A stretch of DNA of 64,000 bases, taken from Methanomassiliicoccaceae archaeon. Lineage in GTDB: Archaea > Thermoplasmatota > Thermoplasmata > Methanomassiliicoccales > Methanomethylophilaceae. A program made the position numbers and the translations under genes. Numbering within the stretch: position 1 is the stretch's first letter; each line of letters begins with the position of its first letter. The notes under the pieces were generated by a model. It saw only the letters and a program-made list of their open reading frames with translations. It was not told the origin of the DNA and searched no databases. The stretch spans positions 15,134 through 79,133 of the forward strand of contig PUJZ01000027.1 in the NCBI GenBank assembly GCA_003550345.1, read 5' to 3'. Below, piece after piece: positions 1 through 9,770 of the stretch.

Positions 1-283
1 GCACCTCCTTCACGTCTATGCCCCTGAGGATGCCGTACTCACGGGCCACCTCCGGCCCGTCGGCTATCTCTCCGGTGTAACGGTATTCCTCCACATGCTC
101 GCCCATCTGCTCCAGCACCGTCATCGGCGTACGCTCGGGGACGGTGGCCACATAGACGGTCGCGTCCATCATCTCAGCGATGTCCATGGCCTTCTTGGTG
201 GCGGCGAGGGCGGGCATCGATCCGTCCGATGCGAGTAGGATCCGCCTTTCAGGCAGATCCCCCTGCTCTCGTTCAGTTGTCAT
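1..283 (-). CDS. Universal stress protein (UspA family), 3' end beyond window
   Basis: Manual translation from ATG at 283: MTTEREQGDLPERRILLASDGSMPALAATKKAMDIAEMMDATVYVATV..., the Usp N-terminal ILLxxDGS..A...A motif; SD-like GGAGCTGAT upstream; not in the ORF track. Confidence 0.8.
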   Translation of the reverse strand, partial: MTTEREQGDLPERRILLASDGSMPALAATKKAMDIAEMMDATVYVATVPERTPMTVLEQMGEHVEEYRYTGEIADGPEVAREYGILRGIDVKEV

Positions 284-628
284 ATATCAGCTCCGTTCCG
301 TTGTCACCCTGCCCTGGTTCCGCGGCGAGTGCATCCCCCCGGCGGACAGGGTGCTCCGAACGGAACCTACAAAAAGGATATTATTTAAACTTAGCGTGGT
401 TTTAAATTATATTCTCTACGATATAGTGTAGAAAACAATAGTTTAACTCAGATATCTGAGCCTAAACCGGCATTTTATCCCGTTCTTATTACGTTATTCG
501 TAGAAAATCATCATAAACGGTGATAGGCCCCCGTCCTCGGGCGCGCCCGCCCGGGGGGACGCGGCATCCAGCATGGGCCGTGTTGCAGTATGTTTTAATA
601 CCTCATCTCGATTTAAGCGCATCCCTCG

Positions 629-704
629 GGGCTCGTGGTCTAGGGGTCATGACGACGCCCTTACAAGGCGTAGGTCGCCGGTTCAAATCCGGCCGAGCCC
701 ACCA
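629..704 (+). tRNA. tRNA-Val (anticodon TAC), intronless, CCA encoded
   Basis: Acceptor stem GGGCTCG/CGAGCCC, anticodon arm ACGCC-CT-TAC-AA-GGCGT, T-arm GCCGG-TTCAAAT-CCGGC, 3' ACCA. Confidence 0.96.
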
Positions 705-791
705 TAAAACACCTATCAGCGCTGGTTCCACCCACGCATCCCATTCGAACACTATTTATCCCGCCGAATTTCTTCTTATTAAACGATTGAC

Positions 792-1496
792 ATGTCATAC
801 AGCAAGTATTCGAAGACCTTGGTCGAGGCGTTGGGCCTATCTGGGGAGCCGGTGGGGGTGGGCCTGATCGAAAGCGGGGGCAAGATGCCCTCCTGGTGCG
901 ATGCCCCGGAGAAACCGGTCAGGCACTGCCAGTCCATTATGAGGGCCCGGCGCGGTGAGTCGATGGCCATTCCGGCGGAGAAGCATATGTGCGGCATCGG
1001 CGCCGCCGCCCTGGGGATGGCCGAGCTGGGGGATGAGGTAAGGTCGGGGGAGTTCCACACCAAGATGGGCCTATACGGCGCCAAAGAGGCCGCCGGGGTC
1101 ACCATGGAGCTGAACCCCTCGCTTCCCCCCGGGAGCACGATGGGGACGGTGGTGGCCCCCCTCTCCCGCTACGAGGGGGAGCCGGACGTGGTCGTGGTGG
1201 TAGCCCAGCCGGAGCAGGTGTATTGGCTCCTTCCCGTGGCCCTCACCTACCGGGCGGGGGGCCGCAGCATGATGGACCTCGCATCCGTACAGGCCGCATG
1301 CGCGGACGCTACTGCGGTGCCGTATCTATGCCAGCATTGCAACCTCTCATTGGGCTGCTTCGGATGCCGCAAGTCCACGGACATGGAGCCGCAGGAGATG
1401 CTGCTGGGCATACCGGCGGCGCTCTTCCCGGAGATGGTGGAGGCGGTCGAGGAGCTGGCGGAGGGGCCGATACCGAAATCCCGCGTGAAGGGCTGA
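792..1496 (+). CDS. DUF169 domain protein (Cys-rich)
   Basis: PVGV, RHCQ, C-x2-G-A-x-ALG, PDVVVVVAQPEQ, ACAD and SLGCFGCR motifs typical of DUF169. Confidence 0.8.
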   Translation: MSYSKYSKTLVEALGLSGEPVGVGLIESGGKMPSWCDAPEKPVRHCQSIMRARRGESMAIPAEKHMCGIGAAALGMAELGDEVRSGEFHTKMGLYGAKEAAGVTMELNPSLPPGSTMGTVVAPLSRYEGEPDVVVVVAQPEQVYWLLPVALTYRAGGRSMMDLASVQAACADATAVPYLCQHCNLSLGCFGCRKSTDMEPQEMLLGIPAALFPEMVEAVEELAEGPIPKSRVKG

Positions 1497-1510
1497 GGCC
1501 GTCAGGGTTG

Positions 1511-2173
1511 ATGATCATGGAGGAAAAGAAGGACCAGAGGGATCAGTGGGAGAAGGCGTACCGCAACAACGAGGACTTCTTCGGGGAGGAGCCCAGCGAG
1601 CTCGCCCTATCTGTCATCGGCACATTGGAGGAGGAGGGTGCCAAGAGCATTCTGGAGATGGGCTGCGGCCAGGGCAGGGACACGTTCTTCTTCGCCCGGA
1701 AGGGATTCGACGTCCACGCCCTAGACTATTCCGCGGAGGGCATCGAGCGGATAAGGGCCAAGGCCGAGGAGGACGGTCTCGAACTTGGCCTGGCGGTGCA
1801 TGACGTCCGTGACCCGCTGCCCTTCCCCGACGAGAGCTTCGATGCGGTCTACTCGCACATGCTCCTCACCATGGAGCTGACCGAGGAGGAGATCGGCTAC
1901 GTCCTCCAGGAATGCCTCAGGGTGCTGAGGCCGGGAGGCCTGAACATCTATTCGGTGAGGAACGACCACGACCCCCACTACGGCCAGTTCCTCCATGTGG
2001 GCGAGGACATGTACCAGAACCCCATGGGCTTCGTGGTGCATTTCTTCCCCGAGGAGAAGGTGCGGCGCCTGTCCGAGGGCTACCTTCTCGAGGGCATCAA
2101 GGAGTTCGAGGACACTTCCCCTCCCTTCGTCAAGAAGCTCTACGAGGTCGTTCTGAGGAAGCCTGAGCGCTAG
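1511..2173 (+). CDS. Class I SAM-dependent methyltransferase
   Basis: ILEMGCGQGRD, ALDYS, LPFPDESFDAVY, RVLRPGG motifs; start trimmed to ATG 1511 (1517 is an alternative). Confidence 0.88.
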   Translation: MIMEEKKDQRDQWEKAYRNNEDFFGEEPSELALSVIGTLEEEGAKSILEMGCGQGRDTFFFARKGFDVHALDYSAEGIERIRAKAEEDGLELGLAVHDVRDPLPFPDESFDAVYSHMLLTMELTEEEIGYVLQECLRVLRPGGLNIYSVRNDHDPHYGQFLHVGEDMYQNPMGFVVHFFPEEKVRRLSEGYLLEGIKEFEDTSPPFVKKLYEVVLRKPER

Positions 2174-2178
2174 CGCCG

Positions 2179-3225
2179 ATGCATCTCGACCGACGCCAGG
2201 AGAAGGACCTCTCCGCGGAGAACGGCGAGCCTAGGCGCTGGGCCATGGAGACGCTGTGCCGGTTGGGCGATGAGGCCGGCTCCTCCCGGATGCTGAGGGC
2301 CGCATCCGCCCATGTCCCCGCCTGGGACAACCCTGAGGGGCGGCCACTGCTGGAGCTAGCCAGCGGCGCCTTGGAGTCACGGTGCAGCCTCAACCCCGCC
2401 TGCGCCGCGACGGACGGGACGGAGCTGCCCCCCGGGTTCACAGGCATTCGCAGCTGCGCGCCCCACCTCTGCGGCCAGAGGGCGGCGCCCGGGGAGATCG
2501 TCGCCTGGGGCGGCAGGGCGGCATGCGCCTTCGTGAACTCGGCGGTCGGCGCCCGCAGCGAGCCGGAGGGCACCGCGTCGGCGCTGGCGGCGGCGATCTG
2601 CGGGCTCACCCCGGAGAGGGGCCTGCATCTGGATGAGAACCGGGAGCCCACGGTGGCGGTGGTGCTGGAGCGGGGCTGCGGGGACCTGGAGGGCATAGGT
2701 CATGCGCTGTCCAAGCTGCTGAAGGGGGAGGTGCCCGTCCTCTGCGGCGTCAGGCCCGACATGGGCGCCTTCAAGCGTTTGGCCCTGGCCATTAACAGAA
2801 AGGGCGACATGCCCCTGTTCCATGTAAGGAGCGGTGGGCCCCCCGGCGGCCTGGAGCGCATCGACGCCAACGGCCTGAGCTGCCAGGAGCCGGAGGAGCC
2901 GGACCTGCTGCTCATAGGATGCCCGCATCTCTCCGAGCAGGAGGTCAACCGCTGGGCCAGGGCGATCTGCGACCGCCCCCCGGGGGTGGAGGCATGGTTC
3001 TTCATGTCGCAGCTCTGCAGCGACAAGTCCCCCAAGACCGGCGAGGTGCTGCGGAGGGCGGGCAGGGTCATAAGCGACCTCTGCCCCCTCTCCCTCGCGG
3101 AGGAGATGAGGGGGCGGAGAGTGGGCTGCAGCAGCCCGGCGCTGGCAGAGATGCTCTCGGAGCTCGGCCTCTGCTCTTTCCATATGGGCGAGGAGGCGAT
3201 GCTGCGGGCCTTGGCCCGCCTTTGA
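2179..3225 (+). CDS. Aconitase X / phosphomevalonate dehydratase large subunit-like protein (DUF521), divergent
   Basis: N-terminal MHL...E...GE...WAMETL, SCAPHL, NSAVGARS..EG..SALAAAICGLTP..GLHLDENR, IGCPHLS and DLC motifs. Confidence 0.7.
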   Translation: MHLDRRQEKDLSAENGEPRRWAMETLCRLGDEAGSSRMLRAASAHVPAWDNPEGRPLLELASGALESRCSLNPACAATDGTELPPGFTGIRSCAPHLCGQRAAPGEIVAWGGRAACAFVNSAVGARSEPEGTASALAAAICGLTPERGLHLDENREPTVAVVLERGCGDLEGIGHALSKLLKGEVPVLCGVRPDMGAFKRLALAINRKGDMPLFHVRSGGPPGGLERIDANGLSCQEPEEPDLLLIGCPHLSEQEVNRWARAICDRPPGVEAWFFMSQLCSDKSPKTGEVLRRAGRVISDLCPLSLAEEMRGRRVGCSSPALAEMLSELGLCSFHMGEEAMLRALARL

Positions 3226-3243
3226 CGGCCTAACGCCCGGAGC

Positions 3244-4032
3244 TCATATCCGCTGCATGGTCTTCACATCGCCCTGGCGGGTGAGCACGATGTGGGTGGC
3301 GGGGAACTTCCTCCGGGAAAGGTCGCGCGCCTGCTGCACCAGGCGCACAAGGCCCTGGCAGCAGGGGACCTCCATGGTCACCACCGTTACCCCTGTGGCC
3401 CCTCCGCCGTCGACCATCTCGGCGATCTTCTGCGCGTAGACGGGAACATCGCGGTCGAGCTTGGGGCAGGCGGTGACGAGGGCGGCGGCGTCGCCGTATA
3501 TGTCCTTGAGGCCGGAGCGCACGAAGCCGGCGCAGTTCGCCGCCAGCAAAAGCTCCTTGCCTTTCAGGTAGGGGGCCCTGGCAGGGACCAGATGCAGCTG
3601 TATGGGCCATTGCGTCTCCGCGGAGGCGGCGGGGGGCGAGAGCGTCAGGCCGTCGCATTCGCCGGCGCACTCATCCCAGCCCTTCGGGAGGGGCTGCCCC
3701 TTCTCCTCCAGGTAATCCAGGGCCTCCTGCAGCCATTCATCGGCGCCATGCTCCTTCAGGTGCTGGAGGTGGAGCCTGACCATCTCCTCCCCCTGGGAGA
3801 CGATGGTGTCCATGACCTTCCGCTCGTCGTAGGGCTCGCTCTCCCGCCGCTCCACGGAGATCGCCCCTTGCGGGCACTCGCCCACGCAGGCGCCGAGTCC
3901 GTCGCAGTAGTCGTCAGCGACCAGCCTCGCCTTGCCGTCCACCAGCTGTATCGCCCCCTCCGGGCAGGCGCGGACGCAGTCGCCGCAGCCGTCGCATAGC
4001 CCTTCGTCTATCTCGATTATGTCCCTGATCAT
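3244..4032 (-). CDS. 4Fe-4S ferredoxin-domain protein (hcp-associated)
   Basis: Two CxxCxxCxxxCP-type motifs; [14 protein letters not shown] and MEVPCC motifs; ATGA overlap with hcp. Confidence 0.85.
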   Translation of the reverse strand: MIRDIIEIDEGLCDGCGDCVRACPEGAIQLVDGKARLVADDYCDGLGACVGECPQGAISVERRESEPYDERKVMDTIVSQGEEMVRLHLQHLKEHGADEWLQEALDYLEEKGQPLPKGWDECAGECDGLTLSPPAASAETQWPIQLHLVPARAPYLKGKELLLAANCAGFVRSGLKDIYGDAAALVTACPKLDRDVPVYAQKIAEMVDGGGATGVTVVTMEVPCCQGLVRLVQQARDLSRRKFPATHIVLTRQGDVKTMQRI

Positions 4033-5633
4033 GGCCCTTCCTCAGGCAGCAGGAGGCGCATGTCGCCCTCCACATCGCTGTTCTTGCGGATGTTGAACTT
4101 GTCGACCAGAACGTCCAGCACCCCCGGGGACACGAAAGCGGGCAGCCTCGGCCCCAGGGTGATGTCCTTGATGCCGAGGCTGAGCAGCGAGAGCAGGACC
4201 AGGACGGCCTTCTGCTCGTACCAGGCGATGTTGTAGGATATGGGCAGCTCGTTGACGTCGACCCCCAGCGCCTCCGCCAAGGCCAGCGCCGTGGCCGCCA
4301 GGGAGTAGGAGTCGTTGCACTGCCCGGCGTCGACAACCCGTGGTATCCCGTCTATGTCGCCCAGGGGGAGCTTGTTGTAGCGGTACTTGGCGCAGCCGGC
4401 GGTCAGGATCATCACGTCCTCGGGGAGGGCCTTTGCGAACTCGGTGTAATACTCCCGGTCCTTGCGGCGGCCGTCGCAGCCGGCCATGACCATGAAGCGC
4501 CTCAGCCTTCCTTGGGAGACCAGCTCCAGCAGCTTTCCGGCGCTCTCGGCGAGGGTCTTCCTCGCCAGGCCGATGGTGATCTCCCCCTCCTCCAGCGGCT
4601 GGGGGGGGTCGCAGCTCAGTGCCATCTCCACCAAGGGGGTGAAGTCCTTGCGGCCCTCAGCGTCGGCCTCGATCCTCTTCAGGCCGGGGAATCCCACCGC
4701 GCCGGTCATGAATATGCGGTCAGCGTAGGATTCGCTGGGGGGCACTAGGCAGTTGGTGGTGAGCAGTACGGGGCCGTTGAAGCTGTCGAACTCCTCCTTC
4801 TGGCGCCACCAAGAGCCGCCGTAGTTGCCGGCCAGGTGCTCGTACCCCTTCAGCACCGGATAGGCGTTGCAGGGCAGCATCTCGCCGTGCGTGTAGACGT
4901 CCACCCCGGTCCCCTCGGTCTGCTGCAGAAGCATCTCCAGGTCCTTGAGGTCGTGGCCGCTGACCAGGATACCGGGCCGGTCGCGCACTCCGATGCTCAC
5001 CGCGCTGACCTCCGGGTCCCCGTAGGTGGAGGTGTTGGCCTTGTCCAGCAGCGCCATGGTGTCGACGCCCATGCGCCCGCAGTCCAATGCCCATCCGACC
5101 ATCGTTTCGGCGTCGAGGTCCTCGAGGGTCGAGGCCAGGCCCCTGCGCATGAACTCCGTGATGGCCGGGTCCTCGAATCCCAGGGCCTGGGCGTGGCTGT
5201 AGTAGGCGGCCATCCCCTTCAGGCCGTAGACCAGCAGCTCGCGCAGCGAACGCACGTCCTCGTCCTCGGTGGCCAGGACCCCGGCCTCCTTGGCCTTGGC
5301 CCTCAGCTCCTCGTCGTCCGCGGGCCTCCAGACGGCGGCCTCGGGGGCGCCGTCAGGCAATGGCAATGAGTCCCTCAGGTCCAAGGCCTCCCAGATCCTG
5401 GCGGTGAAGTGGTCGGCATCGAAATTGACGTTGGTTATGGTGGAGAAGAGGGACTCGACGATGAAGTCCTCCACATCCCGGTCTCGCTCCGCGGACAGGC
5501 TGCGGAAGGACATCCCCTTGAGAACATGGATCAGCAGGTCCTGCAGCTCGGCGACCTCCGCCGGCTTGCCGCAGACCCCGCCCTTGGTGCAGCCTTTGCC
5601 GCCCGCGGTCTCTTCGCATTGGTAACAGAACAT
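4029..5633 (-). CDS. hcp: Hybrid cluster protein (hydroxylamine/NO reductase)
   Basis: [57 protein letters not shown]. Confidence 0.97.
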   Translation of the reverse strand: MFCYQCEETAGGKGCTKGGVCGKPAEVAELQDLLIHVLKGMSFRSLSAERDRDVEDFIVESLFSTITNVNFDADHFTARIWEALDLRDSLPLPDGAPEAAVWRPADDEELRAKAKEAGVLATEDEDVRSLRELLVYGLKGMAAYYSHAQALGFEDPAITEFMRRGLASTLEDLDAETMVGWALDCGRMGVDTMALLDKANTSTYGDPEVSAVSIGVRDRPGILVSGHDLKDLEMLLQQTEGTGVDVYTHGEMLPCNAYPVLKGYEHLAGNYGGSWWRQKEEFDSFNGPVLLTTNCLVPPSESYADRIFMTGAVGFPGLKRIEADAEGRKDFTPLVEMALSCDPPQPLEEGEITIGLARKTLAESAGKLLELVSQGRLRRFMVMAGCDGRRKDREYYTEFAKALPEDVMILTAGCAKYRYNKLPLGDIDGIPRVVDAGQCNDSYSLAATALALAEALGVDVNELPISYNIAWYEQKAVLVLLSLLSLGIKDITLGPRLPAFVSPGVLDVLVDKFNIRKNSDVEGDMRLLLPEEGP

Positions 5634-5651
5634 ATATTGCGCCTCCTTTTG

Positions 5652-5684
5652 GTATCCTTTTGATACAAGATATCAAATGTATAC
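5652..5684. promoter_or_regulatory. Tandem candidate HxlR/DUF24-family operators between hcp and the regulator
   Basis: GTATC-N5-GATAC at 5652-5666 and ATATC-N5-TATAC at 5670-5684, next to an AT-rich TATA element at about 5686-5697. Confidence 0.6.
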
Positions 5685-5721
5685 CTAAATATAAATACCT
5701 TGGAGTTTCTAGCCGGTAACC

Positions 5722-6078
5722 GTGAAGCAGGGATGCACCGTCAACATGACGCTCGAGTATCTGGGCCGCAAATGGGCCATGCTCATACTGCTGGAGATAT
5801 ACAAGGGCGGCGGCAGGCGGCGCTTCGGCGAGCTCCGTGAAAGGCTGGAGGGGATCACCTCCAAGGTGCTCACCACCAGGCTGAAGGAGCTGGAGGAGCG
5901 GGGCCTGGTCACAAGGGAGGTGGACGCCTCCGCGGTGCCGCTGAAGGTCGAGTACGCGCTCACCGCCCCCGGCGAGGACGTCGTCCGCATCATCAAGGAG
6001 CTCAAGCAATGGGCGCTCACATGGATGCTGGAGAACCTGGACTGCCAGGGCCAGGACTGCTCCTCCTGCGAGCTGTGA
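5722..6078 (+). CDS. HxlR (MarR/DUF24) family winged-helix transcriptional regulator
   Basis: C-x6-LGRKW, RRFGEL, GITSKVLTTRLKELE, P.KVEYALT..G; GTG start; C-terminal Cys cluster. Confidence 0.92.
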   Translation: MKQGCTVNMTLEYLGRKWAMLILLEIYKGGGRRRFGELRERLEGITSKVLTTRLKELEERGLVTREVDASAVPLKVEYALTAPGEDVVRIIKELKQWALTWMLENLDCQGQDCSSCEL

Positions 6079-7203
6079 TCATTCAATGATGGCGATGTTG
6101 CCGCCCCGCACCACGTTGTCGTAGTTCCTGTAGCCGAGGATGGCCTCTATCCTGTTGCTGTGCGCCCCCATCACCTTGCGCAGCTCATCGTGGTCGTAGT
6201 CGGTGATGCCCTTGGCGAAGACCTCGCCGTCGCAGCGGATGTCGACCACGTCCCCCCTCCGGAACCCCCCATGGACTCCCTTCACGCCGCTGGGCAGCAG
6301 GCCCATGTGCCTTTCGATGAGCGCCCTACGGGCGCCATCGTCGACATCGATGGTGCCGTTGGAGTGGGCCAGCAGTATCCAGCGGGTGCGTATACGCCGA
6401 ACCGAGCCGTCAGCGACGAAGAGGGTCCCTATGTCCTCGCCCTGCAGCACGCGGATGATGACGTCCTCCACCGCATGGTTGGCTATGACCATGTGGCAGC
6501 CGGCCATGTTGCATATCCGCGCCGCTTGGATCTTGGTCCTCATCCCGCCCACGCCGCGGGTGTTGCTGGGCTTGCCAGCGAAGGACTCGATGGTCTCGTC
6601 TATGGAGTGCACCTCCGATATGAGCTCGGCGTCGGCATGGACCTTGGGGTTGCGGTCGTAGAGGCCGTCCACGTCCGATAGGATTATGAGTATGTCGCTG
6701 TCCAGCTTGCTGGCCACCATAGCGGATAGGGTGTCGTTGTCCCCGAAGACCGCCTCTATCTCCTTTATGCAGACCGCGTCGTTCTCATTTATCACCGGGA
6801 TCACGCCGTGCTCGAGCAGGGTGTTGAGGGTGTTCCTAACGTTGAGGTAGCGGACCCGGTCCGAGTAGAAGTCGTAGGTCAGCAGGACCTGCGCTATCTT
6901 GAGGTCGACCTTGGCGAAGCTCTCCGCCCATCTCTGCATCAGTATGCTCTGCCCCACCGAGGCCGCGGCCTGGCGTATGGGCACCTCCCGGGGCTTGGGG
7001 ACCACGTTCATGGCGTCGAGGCCGATGCCTATCGCCCCCGAAGTGACGAGGATGGCCTGCATGCCGCGGGAGCGTATCCACTTGACCTGCCGGGCCACCG
7101 AGTCCATGAACTCGGCGTCCACCTGGAGGTCGTCCTTGGTTATGGAGGTGGTCCCCACCTTTATGACCACGCCCCTGACATCGCCCAGCTTCTCGCTACG
7201 CAT
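6079..7203 (-). CDS. proB: Glutamate 5-kinase with PUA domain
   Basis: VIKVGTTS, VTSGAI, AASVGQ, PVINEND, FGDNDTLSA, GGMRTKI, C-terminal PUA domain. Confidence 0.96.
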   Translation of the reverse strand: MRSEKLGDVRGVVIKVGTTSITKDDLQVDAEFMDSVARQVKWIRSRGMQAILVTSGAIGIGLDAMNVVPKPREVPIRQAAASVGQSILMQRWAESFAKVDLKIAQVLLTYDFYSDRVRYLNVRNTLNTLLEHGVIPVINENDAVCIKEIEAVFGDNDTLSAMVASKLDSDILIILSDVDGLYDRNPKVHADAELISEVHSIDETIESFAGKPSNTRGVGGMRTKIQAARICNMAGCHMVIANHAVEDVIIRVLQGEDIGTLFVADGSVRRIRTRWILLAHSNGTIDVDDGARRALIERHMGLLPSGVKGVHGGFRRGDVVDIRCDGEVFAKGITDYDHDELRKVMGAHSNRIEAILGYRNYDNVVRGGNIAIIE

Positions 7204-7209
7204 CCTTCC

Positions 7210-8547
7210 TCACCTTATCTCCAGCTGCCTGGAGAGCGGCATGTGCTTGAAGGCCCTCGCCCCCTTGCCCGCATAGTCCTTGACGACGTGCCCCCCGCCC
7301 AAGAGCACGTACTTGTAGATCATGAGGCCTTCCATCCCCACCGGGCCGCGGGCATGTATCTTGTTGGTGCTGATGCCCACCTCCGCCCCTTTGCCGTAGC
7401 GGAACCCGTCGGCGAAGCGGGTGGAGGCGTTCACCATCACCGAGGACGAGTCCACCATGGCCACGAACCGCTCCGCCCGGGCGCGGTCCTCGGTTACGAT
7501 GGCGTCGGTGTGCCCGGAGCCGTGGGCGTTGATGTGGCCCACCGCCTCCTCCATGCCCTCCACCACCTTTATCGAAAGGATGAGGTCGTTGTACTCGGTG
7601 TCCCAGTCCTCTTCCGTGGCGTCCAGGGCCTCAGTCCCCGAATCCAGCAGGATCCGTTTGGAGGCGGCGTCGCAGCGGAGCTCGACGCCCTTGGAGGCCA
7701 GCGCCTCCGCCAGCGGCGGGAGCAGGGAGGGGGCCGCCGCCGCATGCACCAGCAGGGTCTCGGCGGCGTTGCAGACCGCGGCGTACTGCACCTTGGAGTC
7801 CAGCGCCACCTCCAAGGCCTTCGCGGCTTCGGCATGCTCGTCCAGGTAGACATGGCATATGCCGTCGGCATGGCCGAGCACCGGTATGCGGGTGTTGTCC
7901 TGTATGTAGCGGACGAACTCGTTGGAGCCGCGGGGTATGATCAGGTCTATGTGCTCATCCAGGTCCAGCATGGCGGCGACATCGTCACGGGTCTCCATCA
8001 GCTGGAAGGCGTCCGAAGGCATTCCGTCCACCGATGCTATGGCCCCGGTGAGCAGGTCGAAGAGTGCGCGGTTGGACCGCCGCGCCTCGCTTCCGCCCTT
8101 GAATATGGTGGCGTTGCCGCTCTTGAGGCAGAGGGCCATTATCTGCGGCACCACGTCCGGTCGCGATTCGAATATCACTCCGATGAGGCCGATGGGCGTG
8201 CTCACCTGGTAGAGCTCCAGGCCGTCGTCGAGCTCCAGGGCGCTGAGCGTCCTGCCCACCGGGTCCGGCAGGCCGCTGACGTCCCTGATGCCGGCTATCA
8301 TCTCGTCTATCTTCGCGTCATCGACCTTGAGCCTCTTCAGCAGGGCCGGCGTCAGCTTCCCGTCGGCGAGCAAGCCCTCCGCCGCCTCCATGTCCTGGGC
8401 GTTGGCCTCCATTATCTGCGCCCTGCCGGAGTCCAAGGCCGCCGCCATGGCCGCGAGGGCCTCGTTCTTGCGGGTGCTGCTCTCGGACATCAGGGCGATG
8501 TACGCCTCCTTGGCCTTCCTTACCCTCTCTCTCACGTCTGCGGACAT
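7210..8547 (-). CDS. proA: Gamma-glutamyl phosphate reductase
   Basis: PIGLIGVIFESRP, KGGSEA, IPRGS, CNAAETLLVH, NASTRFADG, ISTNKIHARGPVG. Confidence 0.97.
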   Translation of the reverse strand: MSADVRERVRKAKEAYIALMSESSTRKNEALAAMAAALDSGRAQIMEANAQDMEAAEGLLADGKLTPALLKRLKVDDAKIDEMIAGIRDVSGLPDPVGRTLSALELDDGLELYQVSTPIGLIGVIFESRPDVVPQIMALCLKSGNATIFKGGSEARRSNRALFDLLTGAIASVDGMPSDAFQLMETRDDVAAMLDLDEHIDLIIPRGSNEFVRYIQDNTRIPVLGHADGICHVYLDEHAEAAKALEVALDSKVQYAAVCNAAETLLVHAAAAPSLLPPLAEALASKGVELRCDAASKRILLDSGTEALDATEEDWDTEYNDLILSIKVVEGMEEAVGHINAHGSGHTDAIVTEDRARAERFVAMVDSSSVMVNASTRFADGFRYGKGAEVGISTNKIHARGPVGMEGLMIYKYVLLGGGHVVKDYAGKGARAFKHMPLSRQLEIR

Positions 8548-8618
8548 CGGACTCACCTGAGACAGGGAATCCTTAGCGGGTTCATTACCTTTATCATTAT
8601 CTCGCGCGTTGCTGGAGC

Positions 8619-9071
8619 ATGGTTCGCTACCTCGAGAGCGAGGATGACGGCCTGGACTCCGTCAGCGGGCTGTGGGAGATGCTGAGAGGCCTGGTGGCCG
8701 AGAGGGCTCTGACCTTCCAGGAGCGCTACCGCGGCGTCAGCTTCGAGGACTACATCGCCAAGCTCAGGGAGCAGTCCGACGGCCGGCTGCATCTGGTCAA
8801 GGCGGTCGAGGGGGATGTGCCGCTGGGATTCTCCCTCAGCACCGTGCGCAAGGACGGCGCCGGCTGGGTGGAGGCGTTCTACGTCCTGCCGTCCCAGCGG
8901 GGAAGGGGGCTGGGCGCCGGCCTGCTGGAGCGCTCCGTGGCCTGGTTAAGGTCGCAGGGGGCGGAGGCGGTGCGCCTGACGGTCACCCCCGGGAACGAGG
9001 AGGTGATGGACTTCTACCGCTCCCAGGGCTTCCAGCTCTGGAAATACGTACTGGAGCTGGAGGGTGAATAA
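8619..9071 (+). CDS. GNAT family N-acetyltransferase
   Basis: FYVLPSQRGRGLG acetyl-CoA motif; N...FYRSQGF. Confidence 0.88.
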   Translation: MVRYLESEDDGLDSVSGLWEMLRGLVAERALTFQERYRGVSFEDYIAKLREQSDGRLHLVKAVEGDVPLGFSLSTVRKDGAGWVEAFYVLPSQRGRGLGAGLLERSVAWLRSQGAEAVRLTVTPGNEEVMDFYRSQGFQLWKYVLELEGE

Positions 9072-9114
9072 TTCGAGTGAAAAATTTATTAATCCATCGC
9101 CCCGTGTCACCGCC

Positions 9115-9744
9115 ATGGAAAGCTGCCGCATGGAGATCGTCTTCCTGGACCCCGTGACCTACACCTCCATATCCGACCATGGCATGAGGCAGGACATCCT
9201 GGTGGAGCTCTTCCGCTCGGCGTACCATTCGCCGGTGACCAAGCAGTCCATCGCGGACTCGCTGGGCATCAAGTACCCTCAGCTCGTCTACCAGCTGAAC
9301 AACCACCTGCGCGAGTTCTGGGAGGTCAAGGGGGAGGAGAAGGTGCGCGGCACCCGCATGGAGTACATCGGGCCCAGGAACCGCAACGCCGTCTACCTGG
9401 CCATCGGCGCCGGCGGCAAGGCCTTCGTGGTGGACCCGTTGGCGAAGCTCTTCGGCCCGGTGGAGGAGGCGGGCCTGCGCTGCGACTCCTGCAGCCAGGA
9501 CGAGGCGGCATCGTGCATGCTCTCCCTCGGCGAAGGGATGAGGGAGGAGGCGGACGAGGGTGAGGGTCAGACGCTGGAGAGGAACGCCCGCTCGCCGCCG
9601 TGGAGGCCGTTGGACATGGCGCTGATCGCCGCCATGCGCCAGATGGCGGCCGGAGGGGTATGCTCGTTGTCGATCCCCTGCGAAAGCTGCCATTTCCTGC
9701 GCCGCCGCCGCATCCTCGTCCCCGAGGGCACGGGAAAGGAATAA
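9115..9744 (+). CDS. Putative winged-HTH transcriptional regulator with Cys-rich C-terminus
   Basis: RQDILVEL...SIADSLGIKYPQLVYQLNNHL is HTH-like; CDSC..C and C..PCESCH motifs. Confidence 0.5.
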   Translation: MESCRMEIVFLDPVTYTSISDHGMRQDILVELFRSAYHSPVTKQSIADSLGIKYPQLVYQLNNHLREFWEVKGEEKVRGTRMEYIGPRNRNAVYLAIGAGGKAFVVDPLAKLFGPVEEAGLRCDSCSQDEAASCMLSLGEGMREEADEGEGQTLERNARSPPWRPLDMALIAAMRQMAAGGVCSLSIPCESCHFLRRRRILVPEGTGKE

Positions 9745-9770
9745 TAGCACATTCCGCTCTCACCCTCCTC

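Noticed and set aside
526..565. GC-rich hairpin and ORF 520-867 upstream of or over the tRNA
   Set aside because: The ORF overlaps the tRNA and has no coding signature; the hairpin is plausible by chance at this GC content
629..790. tRNA-Val as an integration site for a mobile element
   Set aside because: No integrase nearby, no repeated tRNA 3' end noticed, and no compositional shift downstream
6808..8685. Long antisense/shadow ORFs (e.g. 6808-8685, 11063-12619, 24232-26379, 16320-17879)
   Set aside because: They lie opposite well-supported genes, have no motifs, and are expected from strong GC3 bias
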